A stretch of 64,000 bases of DNA from Balanoglossus misakiensis (lineage: Eukaryota > Animalia > Hemichordata): NCBI GenBank assembly GCA_040954595.2, contig CM082580.2, positions 3,834,783-3,898,782 on the forward strand, given 5' to 3'. The position numbers and the translations under genes were made by a program. Below are positions 44,585 through 54,260 of this stretch, piece after piece. Position 1 is the first letter of the stretch. Every line of letters starts with the position of its first letter. Under the pieces are notes generated by a model. The model searched no databases, was not told the DNA's origin, and worked only from the letters and a program-made list of their open reading frames with translations.

Positions 44585-44702
44585 CTGTGCCGTCTTCTGT
44601 TATCTTCATTTCAATGATGTCTTCAGCGCGCATGTATTCTATGACGTCATCACCAAATCCATCAAGAGCGTCAATCATTTTCAGGCGGCGTCGATCAAAA
44701 GC
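44585..44702 (-). other. Candidate antisense exon (118 nt) duplicated with each TRIM copy
   Basis: Pyrimidine-rich acceptor ..ccttctcag, open frame AFDRRRLKMIDALDGFGDDVIEYMRAEDIIEMKITEDGT, donor gtgaga; equal-length copies at 56949-57066 and 63785-63902. Confidence 0.45.
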
Positions 44703-46277
44703 CTGAGAAGGAAATAAAAACGATTTTATTTACTTTTGATACACTATAGGCAGTTGCAAGCGCAAATACTAGTAAATTGTAAACGTTAGACCAGTTTGGA
44801 AAGATGTACTGCGACTTTTCTCAAATTCTTCCGAAAGCTGCACTGTATATACTAGGTTGAAAATGGCTCAGATGCCATAGGCACGTGATATAAAATTTCG
44901 ACATTAAAGATAGGATGTAGCCTTCATGAAAAGTAACATAAAGTTTTTGATTAAAAGTCTGCGGTTTATCCAACAACGGTATTTGTTGTGTGTTTATTTA
45001 AAGCGAAACAAGTAAAACACCACCACAGAACTTCAAGATATTGACGTACTATCACACGTGTTGGTAGTCTCGGATACCCAGAGCCCCCTGCTTCTTCCGT
45101 TGGGCACTCCAGAAAGAGGGTCTTGGGAAATCCCATAGACAAATCTCCGAGCAAAGATGGCCGACTCGGGACAAAAGTGATGCATGATGGTTGCAGACTC
45201 GAACATTAAAAATACATGCTGAGACGTGCTGGACCTTCTGAAACTGTCTACAAATTGAAAAGAGAAAGAGAAGTTTGGTAAATAGTTTTCTAATATCGTC
45301 ATATCATAATATCAAATGTCATCAATGTTGGTTGGTTTGCGTATTTTGCAATGATTGTGGAGTGTTACTTTGTTCCTGAGACCAGGTGAACTTGGTTTGT
45401 TTTCATTTGCGTGACCAGGTGTTAATCATTTTTCTGGGCGGTTCAAAAGGCTTCAGGCGTTCACGTCACTTGGTCTTCTTTGATAGTTCCTCTATCACAT
45501 CTCTGTGTGATGGAGGAACTTCAAGACAGATGTCCACTTGTATACGACCCCATCGGTCAACTAGACAGTTGCAGAAAGGAAGGTTGATACACCACCGAAA
45601 ACATAAAAAGTTTTGAATATGACAACGCGATATTAAACGAGAGTTCGTGATTTTGTGTCTTAATTTACCAATTCAGCGTCCTTGACACGTTTGTCCAGAA
45701 AATGATCGGTTGAAACGAAATTCCTCGTGTTGTTCTCGGTTTTTGGTTGGCTTTGCACGAAGGCCACTGTTCCCAACCGAAGAAAATTCTGACGCATTTG
45801 AATATAGCCGTGTTATTGCACCTGTTGTGATATCACCTATTTAAAGGTTCATTTGAATAAAGCTAGTCTGTCAGTATTCGGCCATTCTGGTGTCATCGTC
45901 TCTGTGCATGTTGCCTGGTCACACTTGGTCCGTGGAACTCATAAGCTATATTTTGTTTTTCTATTTCACTTTGATTAAATACTTCTAGGCCTAAACGTAA
46001 ATAATTCGTGTGCGTTGTATGTGATCTTTGTTCGACCGTCGTCCACCCAAAATACTTTCGGGTCGTAACTATGCAAATCCGAAAAATTGTGCGTAATACA
46101 TAAAATATGATTTAAAATACTGCTTTATTCAAATTTAGGGCTCATTTTATTCCTGTGTAACTGCAGCAGTAGAAAGTTGGTAGGGATTAGAATTAAGATT
46201 TATAATGAGATATTAAAATTTATTTCGGTACACAGGCCATTTACGATTTATACTGACCATCTATATTTCTGTGGCAG

Positions 46278-46698
46278 GGATGAAGATGTGAAGATGGTTG
46301 GTTGGATGAAATTTGATGATGACGTGACAGCCTGTATCTCCACCAGCACCAACTGCCCAACAAACACCTATTTCGAAATTGTTGGAACAAAGGGAAGGAT
46401 ACGCCTTCACAAGGATTGGTGTTTCCACCCAGACAGCTGGAACAGAACAAACTCTTTTGAACTGATCATGGAAGGCGAGCCACCGAGAGAAGTGACGGTT
46501 CTCAGTCAAAATGTGTTCCGGGGTCAGATATTGACCTTCGAGGCTTCCGTCCTGGACAACAAACCGGCAGTTGTACCTCTGTCTTTAAGTAAACAAATTG
46601 TGGCCACGTTGGAAGCGCTGTGTACGTCAGCAGATACGTATGGCCTCCCTGTGGCACCGTCCAGCTCAACTTTAGGCAGACTCCAAGACAATCTGTGA
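46278..46698 (+). pseudogene. Orphan duplicate of the last exon of the Gfo/Idh/MocA gene
   Basis: Near-identical to 36530-36950 (one visible amino-acid change, LAF to LTF) with acceptor intact; no duplicated upstream exons. Confidence 0.85.
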
Positions 46699-48193
46699 AA
46701 CATAAACCGTGTATGTATTTTATAGTGATACAATGTAACATTACATTTCACTTAGTCTGTTTTTATGTTCACTAAGTGATATTTTCATGGGCGCAATTTT
46801 GTATGTGAAAGAGATAAAGTAGTACCATAAAAAGGGAAAAGTGTTGTCATCAGTTATAAAGCTATTTCTTTTTTGGTCTTGATCACCTATGCTGTCTTTT
46901 GTCATCTTTATTTCATCGATGTCTTCACTGCGCATGTATTATATGACGTCATCACCAACCCTATCAATTTGGGGGGTCCAAAAATATATTTCCAGAACCC
47001 AAAAAGTATTCACTGCAGTTGTAAAACAGATTTTTACAGCAACCGGGTTTCCGAAACTGCGACCCTTAAATACCACAAAATTTAACTCCTGCCACGCCCT
47101 CTATCTGCAAGACTTGACCTGTTTAGTGAATACACGTACTCGGATACGTTGTGCAGTTTCTCATTGAAATTCCGAGTATTTTTTGGCTTCCGTCATACAT
47201 TTTCTGTTTAGATTCCGAGTAATGGTGCCCTTTGTTAAGGGGCCATTTTGAGACATTGTCTTTCTGAAACAGCAACCCTAACACCACAATATGTACTCTT
47301 GCCACGCCCTTTAGTTCTGCAAGACTTGACCCGTTTAGCGAATACACTAAACTTGCTCCAAGTCTGTGGGCTTCATTATTTCATAATAAATACATTTTAA
47401 AAAATTGTGTTCCGAATTTCTCTATGTACCGTGTGTGGAGTAAAAGTCACCGAATGTGAGCGCGTATGTACGACTAAGTATTTAAAGCCGCATCACTTCG
47501 CTCATGGATATGCCTATTGTTAAAGGAATGGGTCTGGGCTTTTGGAGGCGCATCCATAGCGAAGTGTAAAACCTCTTATATTCAAAAAGCGGGAGGGCGG
47601 GTGGGAATACATTCGCAAAGGATTTACCGAGGGGGCTGGTCATATAAAATCCCCACCCTGTCCCGTTTACGCACATAGCCCTGCTCTCTTGGCCTATTGC
47701 AAGGGAGGGACAGACTGTACGTTGCTCGTTGCTTTTATACTTCGGCTCATTTGCATATGGCGGATGGATATCGCTCTGTGCTGCGGTTTTGAATAACTAA
47801 GTATTTAAAGCCGCATCACTTCGCTCATGGATATGCCTATTGTTAAAGGAATGGGTCTGGGCTTTTGGAGGCGCATCCGGACGCAAAGCCTATTCTCCTC
47901 GCGCTTGAGCCCATTATTACCTAGTTGGGTATCCCCCCAATCCTTAAAATACAGTCAACCAAAGTAACAAACAAGCTTCTACTACAAACACACCCAACCT
48001 TCATCCAACCATAAATTACGGCTGGAAATGAAAAAGAACGAAAAACGGTACCTTCATTTTATTGTGCTTTATTCCGTTATAAGTACTTGAAAATTGTCTG
48101 GTGCACTCTTCCCTGTCGGGGGTATAGTGCGAGAGAGAGAAAACAAAGGGGAAAAAAATAAATTTACTGTGTCAGAGAAATACATCGGGAGGC

Positions 48194-49477
48194 TCATTTT
48201 TTCTCAACAAAAGCCTTGGAAAATCCAATTAACTCATTGAGGTTCTCATATCTTTTTGTGTTCTGCTTTTCGTCGTTGGCTAACTCAGATAAGGTGCTTG
48301 CTGGTGATCCCCAACTAATGACCTTCCCTAACTGCATATAGTACTGTGCCGTTTCTTCCGCCCTCCAACCCACATGGGACATAAGAGTCTTAATGTCCGT
48401 GCCTGCCATGGCCAAAGAAATAGCGCAAGCACTTCGGCAGCCATGTGGGGTTTCGCCTGCGTCGATTCCTACATCTAGTAGGTATGTTTTTAACCGGTGA
48501 TAAGCTAATTGCGATGAGAACGGCTTTTGCTCTGGCACTCCCTGTGAGTTTGTAGGGCGAAACAGGTAACCTGTTGTAAGGTCGATATCGAGGCTGGATG
48601 CAAGCTCGAGATATGCCTCCAAAGTGTTAATCGGACACATGAGAGTATCTTGGCATCGCTTAACTGCGAATAGGTTTGACCCCGCCCCCCGGAGCGTTTT
48701 ACCAAAGGTGTGATTGAAGAGCAGGCCTGAATTATCGGGTAGCCGCAAAATTTCCTGCGTTTTCACGTGTCCTAAATCATGCGCCCTGTCACCAGAGAAG
48801 GCTAGTAGTTTAAAAAATGCCATATCCCTGGCGAGAATGTACAATTGTTGAGCAGTTTGTGGGCTCTTCATTTTGTCTATAATATGACGGTAAATTAGCC
48901 GCATCTTATCTAGAAAGAGAGGTTTCGCCTGCTTTGGTGTCAGGAGTGCTCTGGCCTGTTCTTCAGATGTTTTCTTAATGTACCTTTCTATTATAATTGA
49001 CTCCAAGGGGTTAGGGGTGGCCTTACCGGCTACCACTGCCTGGGACTGATAAAATGTCTTTAATTTGGAGACCATATTTCTGACTGTATTGGCACGGAGC
49101 CTTTTTGGACAAGCACACTGCTGGAGTCCAGATGATCCTAAATGTGCACAATTTACCTCATGTACCTGAGTTTTCGCGTCTTTATCTTTAAAAATAAGGA
49201 ACCTAGTGATATCTTGGGGTGTTGCCGACCAGATACTTTTTTTGTTATCCAACTTAAAAAGGAACGACTCCAGTTGTTGGACGAGACGGTCCTTTTGTAT
49301 TTCATGTTGAGAGCGATCGCCGAGAATGACTTGCATACGCTGATCGATTTCCGGCAGGTTAAAACCAGTTGGGAGACTTCCCTGGGCATGTTCACGCTGG
49401 CGAGAGTAGTGAGTCTTGGTGCCACAGTTATGGCAGTAGTTTTCGTGATGATTGTCCAACCCGCACATCCAGCAGTC
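48194..49477 (-). CDS. Tyrosine recombinase of the retrotransposon, with N-terminal CxxC..CxxC
   Basis: Catalytic R (GDRAHDL), HxxR (TPHGCR), HVGW and Y (AQYY); frame open up to the acceptor at 49478-49479. Confidence 0.92.
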   Translation of the reverse strand, partial: DCWMCGLDNHHENYCHNCGTKTHYSRQREHAQGSLPTGFNLPEIDQRMQVILGDRSQHEIQKDRLVQQLESFLFKLDNKKSIWSATPQDITRFLIFKDKDAKTQVHEVNCAHLGSSGLQQCACPKRLRANTVRNMVSKLKTFYQSQAVVAGKATPNPLESIIIERYIKKTSEEQARALLTPKQAKPLFLDKMRLIYRHIIDKMKSPQTAQQLYILARDMAFFKLLAFSGDRAHDLGHVKTQEILRLPDNSGLLFNHTFGKTLRGAGSNLFAVKRCQDTLMCPINTLEAYLELASSLDIDLTTGYLFRPTNSQGVPEQKPFSSQLAYHRLKTYLLDVGIDAGETPHGCRSACAISLAMAGTDIKTLMSHVGWRAEETAQYYMQLGKVISWGSPASTLSELANDEKQNTKRYENLNELIGFSKAFVEKK

Positions 49478-49627
49478 CTAAGCGGGGAAAATTGGACAAG
49501 CACGTGAAGACGTACAGTGCGCATGATTTAGTCGCTTGTATATAAAAAAAAAATACGTATATTTATCCGTTGAATAAAATTATTTTTGTTTCTTTATTTT
49601 TTGTCTGTCTGTCTCCATAATTAAGAC

Positions 49628-51802
49628 CTAAGGGGCGAATGTAGCGACAAAAAGGTCGCACTGTAGCTTATACGGATGATAACCCGATCGTGTTGGCCCA
49701 AGCACGACGCCGACCTCCCCTCGACTGGCGAATTTGTTGAAACTACGTGCCGCCCTCTGGATTGACGGCCAGAACGGAGGGTAGTGGCTCCGAGGAACAA
49801 GTACTGTTGCTTTTAGTGCGTTTTGGACGATGTGGTTCACAACAGCATGCACCAGCGAGAATGGAGGGTAGACATATAGGTTCTCATCTGGCGCGAATTT
49901 ATAATTAAAGAAATTTACACCGGTGTTTTCGGGTTGTGGAAAAGCGGAAATGAATTTGGATAATTTAGCGTTAGACTTGTTTGCCATAGCATCGATTGTG
50001 TGTGGGCCAAATTGCCTGTCTATTTTCTTCCACGCCTCATCCGAGAGTGTGGCCTCTGACAAGGACAGGTGCCTAGATGGCTGATCCGCGGGATTTTCAT
50101 GTGATCTGACGTGCACTATCCTTAATCGAATATTCGACTCAAAACACAGGTTGAAGATCTTTTTCAACAGTTCGTTTAAACGAACTGATTTTGATCCGGG
50201 GAAGCCGCCATTCCATGCGTGGACTAGGATTGCGGAATCTGAGTGTATGTCCACCCGCGCGTCGGCTAGTTCTGACTTGAAAGCAACAAGTGCTCTGGCG
50301 AGAGCCTCGGCTTCCTTTTCTGCTATTGGTCTGGGCATCCACTCGGTTTCCCACGAGTCACTGACTACTTGTCGCTGTTGCGAATTTGGCTGCAGTATTG
50401 CGGCCCATTTGAACGAGCTGGCGTCGGTGTATACATGTATAACGTTGTGGCTTTCTCGAGGCCAACGAAATGGGGGAGCGTTACGTACAATCTGGAGCCA
50501 AAATTGCACTTCCTCCCGAAGGGGGCCTTTAATGCGCACCAAGTTCTGTGCCGATACCTGCATCTTAGATATGGCATGTGCCATTTGTCTTATATATAAA
50601 CGCGCACAGGGGATTGCGAGAGCGAAAGAAATGCATTTCCCCATAACTTTTTGCAATAAAGTAACTGGAATAGTGGGTTTGGAAAGTACTAACTCTGCCG
50701 TCTCGAGGAAGCGAGCTACTTTCTGTTCTGGGATGATGAAAGCTTGAATTTCCGTGTCTACCGTCATTCCTAGCATTATTAGCGACCTAACGGGGTGCAG
50801 TATGCTCTTTTCTAAGGCAATGAAATACCCTGCATCGATGCACATAGCTAACAGGATGAATGCAGCAGCCTCCGCTAGTTCCAAGTCAGACCAGGAGCTG
50901 TGTTGTCTGCTTACGGTATTAGCCGTTGCTGGCAATCTCAGGGGGCCACCGTGTCTGTCGTCAATATATTGGAGGCACGGAACTCCTAACATTCTTGCAT
51001 AACTAGTTATCGCATAGCCTAAGGTATGGTAGATGTAGGCGGACAATTTCCACCCAAACGGTAATGAATTGTTCACGTACCAACGGCCTCCCCATTGGAA
51101 ACCAAAATACCGCCTGTCGTATTCCCTAATGAGAACATGATCATAGCCGCTTTTATCATCACACTTGAAGTGGTATTCTCCTTTTTTCATATACCTTGAA
51201 ACGTCTATTAACTTGTCCAGTTTAAAAGGCATGTCTCTGATCCATAGATTCAGGAAGCGCATGTCTATGCACATTCGCGGCTTCTTCGGTTCGACTGTTA
51301 TCGGCATAACTATGTGGGGAGGTGGGTCCCTCCCAACTTCACCAAAGACAGAAATGGCCCCAGTCTGGAGTCTATCATGTATGGTTTTGGAAATGAAACC
51401 AACGAAATTTTGACATGAGGGGTTATTAGCAAAAATCTTTGCCGGTGGAGATGGTCCGTCATATTGACATCCCTTAAACGTGCCCCGAAAGTGCTTGAAG
51501 TACTGTGAAACGGTAACTTTGTCACATATCCAGTGCATAACTTGAGCCGGATTCTCTGCTGCCGTCGATAGGCGATTCCACACCTCCTTGTGTTTATGAA
51601 CCTCCCCGGCGACAAATTCATGTGGGTTTCTAAATGATAGTAGTGCGGGCGACACTTTCTTGTTGGATTTAGCGACCTCATCGACATTGATAACGGGTCT
51701 CCTTGGTTCCTGTCGAGGGGCGCCCTCAAGAGATACCCATGTGTACGACTTTCTGGCGACTGGAAGTTCCTCAGGGCCGGTTTCCCATGCGTAGGGAGTG
51801 AA
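49628..51802 (-). CDS. Pol: reverse transcriptase, RNase H and DIRS-type methyltransferase-like domain
   Basis: RT motifs DDKSGYDHV, LPFGW, YIDD; RNase H YTDAS..E..HSDS..NPADQPSR; MT-like GPHTIDAMA..YVYPPF. Frame is open 49 codons upstream of the listed GTG, to the acceptor at 51803-51804. Confidence 0.92.
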   Translation of the reverse strand, partial: FTPYAWETGPEELPVARKSYTWVSLEGAPRQEPRRPVINVDEVAKSNKKVSPALLSFRNPHEFVAGEVHKHKEVWNRLSTAAENPAQVMHWICDKVTVSQYFKHFRGTFKGCQYDGPSPPAKIFANNPSCQNFVGFISKTIHDRLQTGAISVFGEVGRDPPPHIVMPITVEPKKPRMCIDMRFLNLWIRDMPFKLDKLIDVSRYMKKGEYHFKCDDKSGYDHVLIREYDRRYFGFQWGGRWYVNNSLPFGWKLSAYIYHTLGYAITSYARMLGVPCLQYIDDRHGGPLRLPATANTVSRQHSSWSDLELAEAAAFILLAMCIDAGYFIALEKSILHPVRSLIMLGMTVDTEIQAFIIPEQKVARFLETAELVLSKPTIPVTLLQKVMGKCISFALAIPCARLYIRQMAHAISKMQVSAQNLVRIKGPLREEVQFWLQIVRNAPPFRWPRESHNVIHVYTDASSFKWAAILQPNSQQRQVVSDSWETEWMPRPIAEKEAEALARALVAFKSELADARVDIHSDSAILVHAWNGGFPGSKSVRLNELLKKIFNLCFESNIRLRIVHVRSHENPADQPSRHLSLSEATLSDEAWKKIDRQFGPHTIDAMANKSNAKLSKFISAFPQPENTGVNFFNYKFAPDENLYVYPPFSLVHAVVNHIVQNALKATVLVPRSHYPPFWPSIQRAARSFNKFASRGEVGVVLGPTRSGYHPYKLQCDLFVATFAP

Positions 51803-52450
51803 CTGAAAAGGATAGATATAAACTGTGGGCTACTACATGTAAAAATGTTCTCTTGAGGGGGCCCCTAGACAGGACCTCAGTAAGGCGAGGCTGCATGAAT
51901 GCAAAGGACTGTTTTAGTCCTCCCTGCGTTCGGGGCGATGTTTGGTGTATGATAGATACGGTATATCCGCTACTGGTTGAGTGGGGCCAATCTAGGAAGG
52001 CGAGATAAAAAAAAAAAAAAAAAAAAAAAACATATTTTTTTTTTTTTTTTTATTTATTTTTTTTTTTTTTTATTCTCAAGACAACCTTTTTAATTGTCAC
52101 GGAGGGTTGTAAGCAACCTCGACTTTTCGTACATATCAAGTTATCAAAAGCATCACAGCAAGTTCTTAATCGTGGGTGTGCGTGTAGCGTTTGCTGAAGC
52201 CCAGTTCCTCAGGCACGTTTTTTGCGACTTTATGTATATGCGTGAATGCGTTCCGTCCATAGTGCGAGTGGTTGTGGAAAGTATGCGATTGTGCAGGTGT
52301 GCATGAAGGCGTCAATTAGTGTGCAGGCGACCGAGAGGAGTATGCGTGTAAGTGTGCATGCGTGTACGTGGATGAGTAACCCATGTTTACTTGCTGTGAC
52401 GAAAAAATATCCACGATCAACAAGAAAAAAAAAACAGCAATGTGGTTACA

Positions 52451-53317
52451 CTACTTTCTATTTGGGCAGGCTCTGGCAACATGCCCTTTCTCACCGCATA
52501 CAAAGCATGTGACTAGTTCATCTTTGTTTCTTCTCTCGTATGGTCTAAATCGTTCGAATTGTGCTCTTGGGCGACGATAGCCGCCATGGCCGCTATCCCG
52601 CATAAACTTCGACACTTTCGACGCGATTTCCTCCTCTTCTTTATTTCCCAGTAGTAGAACTATCAACCTCCCAGCTTCTTGGCCGAAATCATTTGATTCA
52701 AACTGAGCTAGGACCGCCCGGAAGCGATGTAACTTTGGGTGAGCTGCTACCGTCGCCCTATCCACCAGGGCCCTCAGGGCGGCGATGAGCTGGGATCGTG
52801 AGGTTAACGATGGAGTATGGGCCAGGTGCATGACTTTTTCCAAGGCGTCATCCACAGATGCGGTTTCTGTCAATTCTTGCAGTTTTTTCACCTGTTTCTT
52901 TAGGTTCTCCAACTCCCCTTTCTGCAATAAACGTACACATACAATAACTTCTCTGCCCATTACCACGGGTGGAAAGTATACTTGCTCTCCCGTACTGAAT
53001 ACTCCCCTTTTGTTTACAGGGCGAGCGCCTTATTACATAGGCATCAGCAAAATTCAAGGCGAACATGCTTCTGCCACGTAAATGACCGCTCACATTGCTC
53101 CTCCCTCGAGCCTATGTATTTCCTTTGGCCTCAGCCACAATAATTCGGCGCTCTCGCAGTCATCACCGGATGAACTGCCTGGCCGGTCTCCTTGGCACTC
53201 ATGGGTATAACCCACCCAGCTCTATTTAACAAACAAATGTTGGCGCTCTCGCAGTATATCACACTGCCTGGCCTGCCGCTCACTCCTGTAACTCCAAGTA
53301 TTCGACGCATATTGCAT

Positions 53318-53348
<31 letters not shown>

Positions 53349-53742
53349 CAACTGGCGAAACAGGTGGTGTCAGGCCTAACAGGTGGCGGAGTTTCAAAAT
53401 GGTGATTTGGCCTTCCACCTGCACTAGGAAAATTCGGAAGGCGAAACAAAAGGACAAACACGAGGAGAGAAGTTTTGGTGGACCGTAGTGCATAAAAAAA
53501 CTGCACTGCAACAAAACCGAAATGACCGGCGGCATACAAGGGGGAATACTAACCTGGGTAACACTGCTGCTGACGCTTGTTGCCTCTCCACTTGCTGGTG
53601 TTGGTGCAGGCTTAGGCGCTGCTGCGGCATTTTGCTGGGGTGTGGCACCACTAGGACCGGGTCTTGGCTGGGGAACGGAAAGTTCTGCGGAGTCCTGGTG
53701 TGAGTCCACAAAAGCTCGGGCTGCGGGACCAGTATGAGCCAT
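52451..53742 (-). CDS. Gag-like protein with CCHC zinc knuckle, two exons (53742-53554, 52921-52451)
   Basis: CFVCGEKGHVARAC knuckle; donor CAG|GTTAGT at 53554/53553 and acceptor TTTATTGCAG| at 52922, both phase 0. Confidence 0.78.
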
Positions 53743-53798
53743 GGTTCGTGCTATCGTGGCCTATTGCAAGGGAGGGACAGACTGTACGTTGCTCGTTG

Positions 53799-53823
53799 CT
53801 TTTATACTTCGGCTCATTTGCAT
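53799..53823 (-). promoter_or_regulatory. Retrotransposon promoter in the A repeat: octamer ATGCAAAT plus TATAAAAG
   Basis: Octamer 53823-53816 and TATA 53806-53799, ~57 nt upstream of the leader ATG at 53742. Confidence 0.6.
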
Positions 53824-54260
53824 ATGGCGGATGGATATCGCTCTGTGCTGCGGTTTTGAATATCAAGGGAACGCGTAGGCCCATAACCGAAACCGTGAGC
53901 CCAGTCCCAAATTCGAAACTAAACTCACTACTAGAAACACGCTCAAAGCATGCATGCACGCAAAATGTTTTGAAATTATTTATTAAGACAAAAAAACACC
54001 GCAAACACAAAAAAGTATTGATATTCAAAAATCACCCAGTGACTAGTGGGCTAGTCTACGAATACACGTATACTCGGATACTTGTACTTTATCTTTTTAG
54101 ATTCCGAGTAGTGGAGCCGCTTGTTAATTAACGGGTCATTTTGATGCACGTGATACGGTTTCTTTTTAGATTCCAAGTATTGGTGTGCATATAGTTCCGG
54201 GGTCATTTGGAAGACAGACGTGTAGGCCTATAGGCGTCATTGTTTGCCGTATAGCACAAC

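Larger units (their letters stand above)
47473..53862 (-). mobile_element. PAT-like (DIRS order) tyrosine-recombinase retrotransposon, apparently intact, with split direct repeats
   Basis: Identical A repeats (106 bp: 53757-53862, 47690-47795) and B repeats (83 bp: 47796-47878, 47473-47555), arranged A1-gag-pol-YR-B1A2-spacer-B2. No TSD when compared with the empty site gtacg|tcaag near 60665. Confidence 0.93.

Noticed and set aside
53131-53553. C-terminal part of the 203-aa ORF 53131-53742
   Set aside because: Runs through a poly-A tract; better explained as intron sequence after the donor at 53554.
47473-53862. Classification as an LTR retrotransposon or DIRS1-type (ITR/ICR) element
   Set aside because: No integrase, protease or TSD, and the repeats are split direct repeats, not LTRs or inverted repeats.
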